Of a stretch of 64,000 bases of DNA, positions 50,901-63,010 are shown in pieces; positions within the stretch are counted from its first letter, which is position 1, and every line of letters starts with the position of its first letter. The DNA lies in assembly GCA_002633005.1 (NCBI GenBank), contig NMRA01000284.1:64103-128102 (forward strand), read 5' to 3'. Under the pieces are notes generated by a model. The model did no database searches and was not told where the DNA came from. It was given only the letters and a program-made list of their open reading frames with translations. The translations under genes and the position numbers were made by a program. Origin of the DNA: Phoronis australis (taxonomy: Eukaryota > Animalia > Phoronida).

Positions 50901-53900
50901 AGCAGAACACTCATTTTGGATACTAAAAACAACTTTGTAAGAACTTAATAAAAAGGCAAGATATAGTACTGTTGGTGAATGAACTGTAGAGTATCTTCGA
51001 AGCTTTCACTATAAATTAGATATTCAAGTCAAATTAAATACACGGGGACCAGACAATCATATACATGAGCTCTCATTTCATCTGCCTCAGCCAGTGAATC
51101 ATGCGTATGAACCACTGAATCATGCCTGCGAACCCCATCATGCAGATGAACACAATGTCATGCACACGAACCACGAACTTCATATTGTTTAGCTCCAAAC
51201 ATCGAATGAGGTTTTTTACTCAATCCTTACAATGATGCGATTCCATTTACGACATCATCTCAAGTCATAGGTAGTGTGTACATGTGTCACTTTCAAATTC
51301 GCAGTCTTATGATTGGCCAACTCCAATAAAGTCTGAAACATTTAATTTCTAATTCACAATCTAAGGCTTGGCCAATCCCAGGAAATCAGACAAAAACACT
51401 AACAATTTAAAGTCATTTGAAAATCATTTAGAAACTTTTTGTTTTGAAATTTTCGATGAGAAGAAATTTTGTCAACTTCCTTAAGTTTGAAAACCACTAT
51501 GATCTGTATTTTCCGATGATTCATGTAAATGATTGTCTGACACCCCTTAAATGTATGATAAAAAGTTCACCTGAGTTCTACACATATCACAGCCCTGCAA
51601 CAATGACTGAAGTCTGCATTCCAAGTACCNCAGGTTAGATTTTCATGGTCACACTAATATTAAACAAAACGTGAGCAAAAATCAAACACACAAAATTGAA
51701 TGCAGTCAGTCATGTTAAAAAGTTTCCAATCAAAAAATAAGGCTAAGCTTCATAGACACCTTCATTAAGACGTTCAATTTGAAATTAATAACTTACAGTT
51801 ATCAAAAGACATTTTCAATTCAGCAGAACACTCATTTTGGATACTAAAAACAACCTTGTAAGAACTTAATAAAAAGGCAAGATATAGTACTGTTGGTGAA
51901 TGAACTGTAGAGTATCTTCGAAGCTTTCACTATAAATTAGATATTCAAGTCAAATTAAATACACGGGGAACGGACAATCATATACATGAGCTCTCATTTC
52001 ACCTGCCTCAGCCAGTGAATCATGCGTATGAATCACTGAATCATGCCTGCGAACCCCATCATGCAGATGAACACAATGTCATGCACACGAACCACGAACT
52101 TCATATTGTTTAGCTCCAAACATCGAATGAGGTTTTTTACTCAATCCTTACAGTGATGCGATTCTATTTACGACATCATCTCAAGTCATAGGCAGTGTGT
52201 ACATTTGTCACTTTCAAATTCGCAGTCTTATGATTGGCCAACTCCAATAAAGTCTGAAACATTTAATTTCTAATTCACAATCTAAGGCTTGGCCAATCCC
52301 AGGAAATCAGACAAAAACACTAACAATTTAAAGTCATTTGAAAATCATTTAGAAACTTTTTGTTTTGAAATTTTCGATGAGAAGAAATTTTGTCAACTTC
52401 CTTAAGTTTGAAAACCACTACGATCTGTATTTTCCGATGATTCATGTAAATGATTGTCTGACACCCCTTAAATGTATGATAAAAAGTTCACCTGAGTTCT
52501 ACACATATCACAACCCTGCAACAATGACTGAAGTCTGCATTCCAAGTACCATCACATTAACAGTGTATGTTACGACACTCCGGATTACAAATCACTCTTT
52601 AAAGGTAAAGTATGAATTTCAAAGTTTTTCTTAAAAGTATTCACATGAAAGCCAATCCGACTCCACCAACACAGCAAATCACAACTGTGAAGTGCTGATT
52701 GACAAAAACAGTTCTTCAAAATGATACCACTTTAAGAGAAACCAATTAAAAACATTTTATTTGTTTGTTTTCTCAAATATACTGCCCGAGAATGACAGTA
52801 GGTACTGTGGCTACAAGTGACTGGCAATCCCTTTAGGAATAAAGAATAAAAAATCAGTGGGTCTCCTGAGGTCGAATTTTGTGAACTTTAAGGCGAGACT
52901 ACTTTACCCTTATATTCACACAAAAGCGCTCCACTCACAAGATACGTAGTACAACTTTTGAATGCGCTCTCATAATAAAATGAGATTTCTCAAAAATCTC
53001 AATATTTTTGGCCAATTCAGTTAAAGGTGGCTGTAATGTGATTTCATTTCAATATAGAATTTGCTAAAATAATATTTTAAATAACTGTGATTAGCTTTGA
53101 AAAACCTACATTCCAAGGGACAAAAGGTGTTTCTCCGATGAAACACTTCATTGTCCCATTATACTTTGAGGTTCGCACGACATACTGCATAAACGAGTAA
53201 ATTCGTGACGTGGGTTTTTCTTGCCCAATGGTAGTTAGGTAATAAAATTTATGTCAATGATTTTCTTGAAGATAAATCACAAAAAATACAACTAAAAACT
53301 GTCCAATTTGTCTTTTACTAAGCTAACCTATTTATGATTTTAACAGACTTACAAATCATTTCCTTTGCCCTCTCTAAGGATGTCCACAAGGAATTTTAAC
53401 TAGCCGTGAGTGCAGAACTTTTGAATCACAGATTAAATCACACAGCAAACTCACTCCAATATAGATGGTCAGAATTATCTCCTGGAAAAAATTACCACGG
53501 GCGACTTCAACAGCTACTTTACGCAAAGCAAATGATAGTTAATGAGCTTTCCAATACATCTGGCCCAAATGTGTGTCAGAAAAATCCTAATCAAAATGCC
53601 TAAGATATAAAATTCCACAAAAATATCGTCAATAAATTTTAAAAGCCAAAAATAAGACAATGTTTTGAATAAAAAAACAAAGGCAAACTAAAAACTAAGC
53701 TGCTCAACTGCGGTGTTCTATCAAGGAGATAACTGCTGCCACCTATAGCACATAAAACAAAACAACTACTGCGGCAAGCTACAGCAAAATGACAGCGAAC
53801 AGTACCTTGTATCAAATGGAACCTGACGTGGTGTTCGAGGTGGGGTGAACTTGTAGGGCTGCTGTTTGTTGGTCGGTGACTTGCCCCCTGAAGACTTCAA

Positions 53901-56900
53901 GATCTGTTTTTGCTGAAATACAAGTTATTGCTAACGTGAGCCATCATAATGTATTTAGTGAAAATGATGAATGTGACAAGTTTATTAACTGGAGGAATGG
54001 GTTAAAAACAGCAGAGCGTTGAATTATTGTTGCACAGAAACAATGGCTTGTAATTAGTGTATTTACCTGTGGCACTTGTCTTTTGAATGAGTGCGCGAAC
54101 TTTAATGTTAATTCACACTAACAAAGGTGGCAAGTGAATCAACCGAAATCCTTTAACACGAAAAAATCTGACATTGTTGACGATAAAGTGACACACTTTA
54201 GTAATAATAAGCTAACATTAAAAAATTGCTTCGAAAAATGAAATGTCAATTCCGGGCTTGGCTATTCGGTATCCACATGGGGCATTAAAACAATCATCTT
54301 CTGAACCAAGACAATAAACCTTTTGTTAATTAGAGTTTAGTTACACAGGCCACCTGAACAGTTGTATACCAAGAGCAGGGTTCACAACAGTTGCTTTCAC
54401 TGCCCTGTCATTTTCATAAGTTACCCCTTCCAAGCCCAAAATGTTATCATGTTAAAACTAATCTATAAAGAACCAGTGTGCTGTATGCCATAACCAAATA
54501 TGGTGATTGACTGTTAAGTAGAGCTTTGTGCTTTGTTAAAACAATAAGGAACTTCATAATGTTAATAGTTACATCACATTTCAAATTTGGCGACTATTCC
54601 AAGTTAAGCAGAGCTGCGTTTTTGTTACACAGAAGCTTCAGTCCGCTAAAGCATTTGCTACCAAATACTCTAAAACCTGCTAAAACAGGACAAAAATAAA
54701 ATGTAAGAAAGGCAAATGTTATCAGAAAGAAAATGGATTATGAGAACAGTTGTCAGAAGCCACCATCGGCATTTGTCAACAGTTGCCTAGCAACTGGACC
54801 CACACCTGCATGCAACAACATTTAACTTGAACAAGAATAAAACTAGAGGACTATAAACAAATTATAAGTTTCAAACAATCTACAGCAAAAATCTTTAATT
54901 TTGGAAACTGAAAGTCAATAAATTTTACAAATAAAGTACTAAATCAACAGTGTATGAAACATTTTGATACAAAAATAAATGCAGGAAAAAAAAGATGTGG
55001 AATTTTTATTTCAGTATTCCAACTTTTTTTTACTGGAGATCATTAACCATTTCCAGATTATTAAACACAACATTAAACGCTATCAGTAAATAATCTATTA
55101 ACAACTACAGGGCAGACAAAGAAATTTGAAATGTATTTCAACTATGGTGGGAGCACAAAACAGACAGCACATTGTCCAATGGTGTGCCACTTTGAAGTCG
55201 GGAATGGGTGGTATGAACATCATTTCTTGGATATTGCCAATTTTTTAAATCTTTAGCTTGCATCTCTCTCTTCTGAACCTCTTTGTCTCAAGAATATTCA
55301 GGCTCTCCCCACATAAAAGCATCAAACAACCTTGTCTGCCAATCTTAGAGGCTTAGCGTTATAGTGCAGGGCTGCCACCTATTGTATACCTTCAGTCTGG
55401 GCCAGACGTTGTCAAACTAAATGGTGCAAACAAAATGAACATTCTTAAACACATGGAGTGAGGAGTGCATGATTAGGTGCACTGTTGTATCAACACATGC
55501 ATTATAGACAACAGATTTGCAACTCCGACATTTTCTTATGAAATTCCCAAAGGAGGTGCCACTATCTTCCAATGCTCATACGGATAGTGAGCTAATGTCA
55601 CAATTGCTGGAAATGAAATATGTCATCAATCTTGGCATTGGTGGTGAAGATTGACGTGGCAGCCAACAGTGAACTATGGTAGGAGATTTCACTCACTGGG
55701 AATATACAGATTTGCAGTCTAAGATGAAAGGTAGGTAACATTTAACGAAACTATTACACATATTAGGTGTGTTATGTGGACAAGTGCAAGGGTTCACAAA
55801 TGTTCACATACTAGATTTTCATTTTACAGCAACAAACAGTCAATTGGGTTTATAATTGTTTTCGCATGATTTCGTAAAATAAATTTGAACTTTATAAGCG
55901 AAGGATGAAGCAGCTAATGAAAATGCTGTAAAGATTATCAAGTATTATTAAGAGATATGGCATATCATAAAACTTACAATAGATTAGTTAAATAAAGAGC
56001 AAATCATTATTAGCCAAAATATGAAATTGCTAATTTTTCAAGCCTTTTTTTTGAAATTGCTACTTTTTTGAAATTGCTATTTTGAAATCTTATTGCCATT
56101 CAACAACAAAGGTTATGTCAACTCTTATGAAACATTTCGATTGTTATAATAATGGTAAAAAGCCGTCAGGTGTCTTATAAATGAGCATCCACACTGTTGT
56201 ACCAGAGGGACAGTGCACTAATTGACTACGGTGCACTCATGCAGTGACAGTATACCTAACGTCATGGCAACTTACGATCAATCCGTCTAAAATGCAAGTC
56301 TTCATAAAAGAAAATCTCATAGTACATCAAAAACAAAGCATTTTAATTTAAAATAGAATTATTTATATAATAAATTGCTTATTTAGTTGAATGAACATTC
56401 AGTTGTGCGAGAATATTCAGTTTCTATGTCACTGGGTAACTAAGGACATAATTTTCAAGTTTCTATAGCACTTGTTTTTTCCAAGAAAATATTGCTTGGA
56501 AATCAGCAAAAATAAAGCATGTAGTTTCAGCCTCCCGATTGCTTTTCCAATTTTTGCTGCAAAATGAAACAATTGCTGCAACAGTGTGGCCAATTGATCT
56601 TAAAACTATCATTTTTAGCCAGTGCATAAAAATATTACAGAGAGATAGTTGAGCCTCGCAATTACACCAACTGAACACTAAATCACTGTTAGTATCAACT
56701 GAAGTAGTAATACAATTTACATTTATATTTGTGTTTATTTGAATTACACTTCTGTTCTTGTACTTATTGAATGAAGTACAAAAACGTATCCACTGCTTAC
56801 CAATATTTCTCGTTCCCTCTGCTCCTCAATCTCTCTGGGAACCAGCTCCTCCGTGACGTCTTTTGGTCCAGCCTGCTGAGCTCGCTGAAGAATTTTGCTG

Positions 56901-59326
56901 TAACAAAACCAGTCCGAATTAAATTCGCTGTTACAGGAACACACATAATACCAAGAGAGTAGCTTACAGGTTCAACATTACCAAACGTTGTGATTCAGTA
57001 TCAAAAAATGCCCACTGCTTCTCCACTCTCAACACAATCATGCATTCCAAAAGCTGTTTGTGTTCATTTAATTATTTACCCAACACCATACGCATGTGTC
57101 TTATAAAACCAATGCTGGCTCTGTATGAGGGACTCAATAAGGCTGACCAGAAATATATAGATAGCTTTTGAATCTTTCTTTAAAAACCATAGATTGTTTT
57201 CAATTGATTCTTGTTCTGGGGCACAATAAACCAGTCAATGACTTAGCATTCTCAATTACCCAAGATACACCACGAACAAATTGAGTTCAATGATTGAATT
57301 TTGGTGTCTCAATTTTAGAGACTGAACCAAACTAGAGAACTTTTACCGTAGTTTATGTTTCAACTGCGCAAGGCCACATACTCTTTCAAGTCTTGCATCA
57401 TTTTCTCTTTCTTCTTCTCTTTCTCTGCCAGTTTTCTCTGATTAGGCACCCAAACAAGGAACGGCTTGTCTACAAACGTGTCCACGTATGTTCCTGCCAA
57501 GTCGCCCATTTCAAACAACTCCTGCACCTCCACAGATCTCAACTGTGGTTTGGACACTTCCTGTTCAAATGAGGTCGCAGGGGTCACCATGGGTCGACGG
57601 GGCGGCTTTAGATCACTGGGCTTCCTAAAAATGAAAATCAGCCGTTGTTATTTCATCCTTTAGTTAGTAGGCATTCCCTATTGGAATATATGAATTATCT
57701 AGCAAATGCAATTAATATTACAATATTTAAATCTTTTTGTACGTTTCTTTTATTTCATGTCTCATTTTTGTTATGATCGCTATTTCAGGTGATGTATCTT
57801 TCCACAAATTAATAGGCTTGTGTGATAGAAATATTTTTTGTGATGTAAAAAATTAACTGAAATAAAATTTTTGCACAAATAAAATATGAAATCAAATCAA
57901 ACCAAAAAAGAGGAAATCCTTTTGAAAGCGGAAAATTCCAAGCCCTGTATTTACTAATTATCAGGTACAATTTATGATCACCATGTGCCATCAGGGTAGT
58001 ATCCTGTGTTATAGATACCTCAAGTCCATCCTGTATGCCTGCGGCATTCCTTTATAGTCTGATGGGAACCTGTCGTTGGGATCTGACCCAAACTCATCCA
58101 ATATGTTACATACTTTCTGGGTTGGCAATTCTGAAATTGGCAGATACGATCGGTGAATAAGAAGTCAATAGTACAGGAATAATATGAAAACAAAAAACTT
58201 ATGCAAAAACGGTAATAGAGATTGAAAACATGAGGGTGCTAAACAAGCAAAACTGATCAGTCTCTGTGACATGTCCTACTCAAACAACTGAAGTCTTTCA
58301 TTCAAGAACACCAAATACAGAAAGACCTGGGCCCTCGGTCTAATCTCTGCACTGTAACTCAACTCGAAAATTGAGCCACCCTTCGAGTAAATGGACACCG
58401 AGTCTCAATTTGACTATTAAACTTTGAGCTCTAAAACTTAACACAAATTGCATGGAAGAATCTAACATCTAATTTAGACCACTGCCTATAAAACTGGCCT
58501 CCACTTGTTCCCTACTCAGATGATTGCTTGCTAAGAACTGACAGTTCGTTATTCCTGAAGACCTCGCTCGGGGATAAAAATGACACCGTGACAAGTTAAC
58601 TTGTAAACCCTCGTCTCAAGCAGTTATTTTTTATAAGAAAAAACCGGTTCTTTCAAAGTCCAGAAATTAAATCCGTTTTTACTATGGAAAATTTTGAGAC
58701 TAATTTCATATTGGAGATAGGTATTCAATTTTTTGTGGCAGAAAGGGGGTTATACAATCCCTTAAAGTTCAAAGTCTGAGTCAGAGTCGAATCTTAGATT
58801 AGGCCCAACATGGCCCTGGAATACTTGAATGAGGATTTTGCATTTAGAGTGTTGTAAGCCATATCAAATAATAAAACTTCTTGGGCAAATCAAACAACTT
58901 TAGTGTTACTGTACTGAAGTCCAGTAAAAATCAATGGAAAGATACCCAGGTACAAAAACAATCAAAAACAATCTGCAGGACAATTTTCTATTTTTATATA
59001 AATGAAACACCATGGGAATCTGGATAGATGAAAAATGGAATTTTACAGTGGTAACACATCTCTTGACTGAGGGTACTAATCCCGGCCCCTAGATGTCACT
59101 TTGCAACAGTCACAGTACCATACTGTTTACTAGAATTACCTTGGTCCTCATTGTCACTTGTTGCTCCTGAAGTATCTTGCTTCTCTACTCTGACTAGTTT
59201 CCGAGGCAACCCCCTCATAAGTCGCCGTGTTGACCTCCAACAGGAGGGGTGCTGACACAGCTGCTCGCATACTGCCTCATCCACCTCAAAAGGGGGTGCT
59301 GAGTAACCCCTCTTGTGCTTGATCAT
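40420..59326 (-). CDS. C9orf43/DUF4647-like uncharacterised protein, 13 coding exons, about 1042 aa
   Basis: Exons 59326-59140, 58130-58019, 57624-57382, 56897-56801, 53912-53806, 50144-50079, 48438-48255, 46910-46829, 46408-46274, 45352-45234, 44783-44616, 44189-44129, 41987-40420 all have GT-AG ends with matching phases (3129 nt). N-terminus DEAVCEQLCQHPSCWRSTRRLMRGLPR...LPTQKVCNILD resembles vertebrate C9orf43 (CQHPQCW..RRIERGHPR..LPVLTVVDILD, from memory). Confidence 0.75.
43124..43770 (-). CDS. Candidate alternative terminal exon of the C9orf43-like gene
   Basis: Strong pyrimidine-rich acceptor (TTCTCTTATTTCTTTCTCTTTTAG), phase 1 compatible with the 44129 donor; about 215 open codons to a stop. 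Confidence 0.5.
44129..44189 (-). CDS. C9orf43-like exon 12
   Basis: DAFTDAFAATKSPQVYREKS; GTGAGT donor. Confidence 0.7.
44616..44783 (-). CDS. C9orf43-like exon 11
   Basis: YRKNLEKGVPLHAISP...KFQLTQ; phase 0/0. Confidence 0.75.
45234..45352 (-). CDS. C9orf43-like exon 10
   Basis: AHSVPSRVGSSHSG...EQIYVKQ. Confidence 0.7.
45700..45862 (-). mobile_element. Older, partial copy of the tRNA-derived SINE
   Basis: Reverse complement GTTCGAGTCCCACTAGTTCACACTGGTAAACCCTTGAG...GTGATCAATGCAATGAGCCCA aligns with the copy at 47897. Confidence 0.7.
46274..46408 (-). CDS. C9orf43-like exon 9
   Basis: NSGEDYGMKVLKKKVVSLGLPELPPG...; phase 1/1. Confidence 0.7.
46829..46910 (-). CDS. C9orf43-like exon 8
   Basis: VFYLDEVPTEKSLNSPVYPRYRNPLPA; GTGAGT donor. 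Confidence 0.7.
47897..48119 (+). mobile_element. tRNA-derived SINE with 13-bp TSD
   Basis: A-box-like TGGCCTGGTTG, B-box GGTTCAAGTCC, CORE-like CCCTTGAGCCAAG, T-rich tail; perfect TSD TTAAGGCTCAATG at 47884-47896 and 48120-48132. Confidence 0.85.
48255..48438 (-). CDS. C9orf43-like exon 7
   Basis: DLNSKEQIFELLQRLAPENLTP...NNAPP; GTATGT donor. Confidence 0.75.
50079..50144 (-). CDS. C9orf43-like exon 6
   Basis: LFEVFNCSSDVMLRILEHIEK; GTAAGT donor; phase 2/2. Confidence 0.6.
50710..52550. repeat. 920-bp direct duplication split by an N (probable haplotype-overlap assembly artefact)
   Basis: 50710-51629 and 51631-52550 are colinear with roughly 15 substitutions counted by eye; the junction is exactly the N at 51630. 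Confidence 0.85.
53806..53912 (-). CDS. C9orf43-like exon 5
   Basis: QKQILKSSGGKSPTNKQQPYKFTPPRTPRQVPFDT. Confidence 0.7.
56801..56897 (-). CDS. C9orf43-like exon 4
   Basis: KILQRAQQAGPKDVTEELVPREIEEQREREIL; GTAAGC donor. Confidence 0.75.
57382..57624 (-). CDS. C9orf43-like exon 3
   Basis: KPSDLKPPRRP...FLVWVPNQRKLAEKEKKKEK; GTATGT donor. Confidence 0.75.
58019..58130 (-). CDS. C9orf43-like exon 2
   Basis: LPTQKVCNILDEFGSDP... Confidence 0.75.
59140..59326 (-). CDS. C9orf43-like first coding exon
   Basis: MIKHKRG...CEQLCQHPSCW..RRLMRGLPR; acceptor at 59349-59350 implies an upstream non-coding exon. Confidence 0.8.
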
Positions 59327-60596
59327 CGTGGCATAAAAACTTCACAATCTACAAAACGAGTAATAAGCATAATGACCATTTTTCATAACCTTTTGCAGAG
59401 TCACAATTTGGTGTCATTGGTGTACGACTTATATAAAGCCAATAGGGATATCATGGATTACACGACAGTAGAACCGTCCTTAGTCCCGGAAATAAGAAAG
59501 GACGTGACCTAGTTTTGAAAATCAGGCACATTTTCGTGTCTCTCATTGATGTCAGGAAGGTGAAGAATTTCAGATCGCGCACCCACGGGTATTTGTCCAG
59601 TTTAGAAAACTTTTTCAGGTGAGACTTTCAGCTCACAGCACAGAAGTTATTGTAGTACTTTGTTAACATTGGAATGGTGAATAGAGTAATGCAACTGAGA
59701 AAACTTGTAAAGAATCAGACAACAACAAATAACATGTGACAGTGGCACGAAAATGAGCCAGCAAACATGCCTGACAAAGGTTTACGGCATTGTGGGTAAA
59801 TACAGTGAGATTTGAGTGTTGCTGTGTAATCCAGCAGGGCTCGACACTATTAAAATCGCCAGGTCACATTTTGTAACCTGGCCAAAATCCCAGGTCACAG
59901 TTTTAAAATCCAGCTCGCATTCATAAATGCCAGGTCGCAAAATTTTCCCGCCATTTTACGCGCCAAAATTGATTTTTAGATCCTAAAGAAAATGTTTAGA
60001 TTATGCACGTCACCACCAATGTTAACTTTCTTTCGGAGGTATAAAACGAAGCCAGGATTCGGTCGTTTTTGAAAACTGAACTTGTTAATGTGTGAAATGA
60101 GAGTGACTCACTATATAGACTGTGTGTCAATTTCAAACCACGCGCGCTCATTTGTAGTGTGCTATGATGGGCAATAGCCTGAACTGAGGGCGCTTAATTG
60201 GAAATTCTCGAAAGTTGAGGAGGAGGCTTAGTAGAGCAGTGTGCACTTATTATGAAACACCTCAGGAGTAGGCGCATGCATTATGAGCATAGTCGTTAAG
60301 CTGAGTGTTTGCGGTAATAAAATGTTGAAAGACTGCAATGGTAAGAAAATTTGTATATGATTTTGCAAGGCAAACTCCATCTAGTAAGGGTGATTTTCTG
60401 GATATCGTAAAGCATCGGGTCTTTTATAACTGCCGGGAATCTAAAGTTTATTTTCAAATAAACCACTGGCACCCGGATGCTTAACAGAGCCAAAAATGCC
60501 AATATACTCTTTCATTTAGGACTGTCGCTGTTCTCTTTTGATGTGCAGCGTCAAAGTGGTGCATACGTGTGAGTTCACGCACTTGAATCACTGGAG

Positions 60597-60721
60597 CATG
60601 GGCGGCACAGCACTGAAAAAAGTCGGGGGCTAAAGCCCTCTCAACCCCCCTGTGGTGCACTGCCTATAGACCACGTACGGCTATAGCCCCTCCCCCAGTC
60701 CCCTATGGTACACCGCCCATT
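60597..60721. mobile_element. Small MITE with 5-bp TSD
   Basis: CATGGGCGG...CCGCCCATT termini flanked by TGGAG (60592-60596, 60722-60726). Confidence 0.65.
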
Positions 60722-61312
60722 TGGAGTAACTTTACTTTGGCAACAACATGTGAAAGAAAATCGTATTTCGGGCACGTAGTCCCAGAAACAAGTAAAGGGG
60801 TTTGAGAATTTCTTGGCAGTTCAAACACTACTTTGCTGAAAGTAAAGACGTGACGATTAATAGGGCTGTCATTTTCACCTTTGCTGTCTTATATGATAAA
60901 AAACGAGACGCACATTTCTAAGTCATGATTATCTGCCGGAACGGCTTGCTCGCTAACAACGGGACCAACCAGTGCTGCAGTGCGATATCAGGGATATATA
61001 CGCTACAGGATATACGTCATAGTAACACGGAATTAAAAGTCCTACATTTTAACTGCTACCGCAACGCAAATATCTGTTAGAAACTCAATACATGACACAC
61101 ATCATGGCCAAGGTTTAGTCTCAGGGAAAGCTTCATGCACTGGCTTTTCTTTAAACAGATTTGAATTATTAACCATTACATTATACATCTCTTTGTTCTA
61201 AGAAAGTTTTGACGTTTACAGATGATCTATACCTATTATCTACTATCTAGATACACCAAACAGCAAGAGCTGCTCACCAAGCCCATTCACATCAATTGGT
61301 AAAGGTGCCAAC

Positions 61313-61742
61313 CAGGCCTTTAAGCAGCTTACGTCCTGGGCGTCTAAATGGACGCCCTAGCACTAATATGGATGCCCTGGCAAGGACGCCCAATGTATCA
61401 TTTGGACGCCCACTATCAATAGGAACCTTTCAAGTTTGGACACACACATTGTAATGATTACTAGGAAGCCTAATAGACTCACAGTGGTGGCTCTTTTTTC
61501 AAAGCAGGAAGAAATATACAATGTATATACAGAGTATATACAATGTTGCTATGCTCACACTTGGTTGATAGCATTGTAAAAACATTGGTCTACGCAATTG
61601 TTGGGTAAAAAAATCTGTGTGTTTGGGGGGATTTCTGGGGGTGGGGGTTACGCATTGGAATCATGGACGCAATGGAATATTGGGAATGGGAACCCCATTT
61701 TGGACACCCTATTTTCGAAATCCTGGATAAAGCCAAGGCCTG
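61313..61742. mobile_element. Classical hAT MITE with 8-bp TSD
   Basis: TIR CAGGCCTT...AAGGCCTG; TSD GTGCCAAC at 61305-61312 and 61743-61750; subterminal GGACGCCC repeats. Confidence 0.85.
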
Positions 61743-62728
61743 GTGCCAACCCAAGCAATTGTTTAGGGGCACAACCACAGGAGTCTTTCAAAGACAAAGG
61801 GGAATTTGAAATGTCTTTTGATCGGGGAGGAATATTTTCTGAAATGAACAGAGAGTGTATGGCTCCATTGTTTTCTGCCATCACCCATGTCTACTCTAGT
61901 TTTCCCAAGGCCAATCCAGAAAAAAATGAGCCCTCGTCTTGACATTTTTACAAGGCAAGTCAGTGTCGTCTGTCTGTGGCAGTACTACTTTTTGAAGGAA
62001 ATAAAGACATTGACGGCCTACTAAGTCAGTACTCAGTGCCAGCAGTAGTAAAACCAGGCAGAACAAGCCAAGAAACGAACCCGTGTCGCGGAAGCGAAAT
62101 ATGTGCACCTTAATCAGCACACCACCTGTGCCTGTGCTTAACTTACCGGTAATTAGGTGCTACATAATCGCAAATAAATACGTTGAAACCACATACAAAT
62201 GCAAAAATTTACTTAAAAGTCCACCGACATCGAACTAACCGAAGTCCACCATATTTGTTTTTAAATCCCTGGCAACTTTCACGATGTCCCAAAAAATAGT
62301 TACAAATTTTATTTTCAAAAGCTTTGTTTTGTTTGCTTTTTAAGTTCACATAAAAACACCGTTTTAATGACGAAAAATATAGTTGTGAAGGAAAATATAC
62401 AGTCTGACTTATTCTTAAAACTGTCCGTTTGCTTAAAAAAACCCTGTGTGCGAGACTGCTGCGTATTTCGTGTCAAAATCTGCGCACGCATCTTGAGCAT
62501 TTCAATTTTATGGAGTGCAAGCTAAAATAAATCATATTTAGTCAACCATTATTTTTTCAATTAAATTATTATAAATACGACAAAATCATCTTTTTGCATT
62601 TTACATGTTCAATTAAAAAGTAAAATGATATGAGAGTTTCTTTATTAAGATAAAAGAACAAGAAATCAAATGTTGTAGAAAATCTCTACGTCTCCCTAGG
62701 AATTTTGGAACTGATGTAAACGTTCAAC

Positions 62729-62776
62729 ATGGGAGACAGCAGTCGGGCCGAGAAGCTGGCTGCTGCCCGAAAAAAG
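62729..62776 (+). CDS. GOLGA2: First coding exon of a golgin A2 / GM130-like gene
   Basis: CAACATGG start; MGDSSRAEKLAAARKK then GTAAAC donor in phase 0, matching the GM130 N-terminal R..KLAAA(K/R)KK motif. The rest of the gene lies beyond the window. Confidence 0.65.
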
Positions 62777-63010
62777 GTAAACCTGAGTGTTTGTTCTTGT
62801 CCAATCATTTAAAACTGTTACTCAAATGAAGAAACAGTCTTTTTACCTAGTGCTTGTCTTTGGAAAGTTGCCTTATGCGGCTAGACGAACACTTTTCAGA
62901 AAATGTTTTGGTGTGTGGGTGGGACAACTGTGGCATATGATATCGCCTTGGACTTCGTCGACACCGGAAAGTTCAATGCAGTCGACTGGTTCTTTGAATG
63001 TTCTCGTTAA

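Noticed and set aside
51444-52634. Duplicated 64/89-aa ORFs (MKFSMRRNF...)
   Set aside because: TTG-start chance ORFs inside the duplicated intronic segment.
53351-53400. Possible extra exon of the C9orf43-like gene ending in GTAAGT
   Set aside because: Acceptor phase is incompatible with the upstream exon (immediate stop).
62237-62252. ATG GTG GAC TTC G followed by GTTAGT as a minus-strand first coding exon
   Set aside because: Splicing to the 59348 acceptor hits a stop, and no other partner exon was found; at most a 5' UTR exon.
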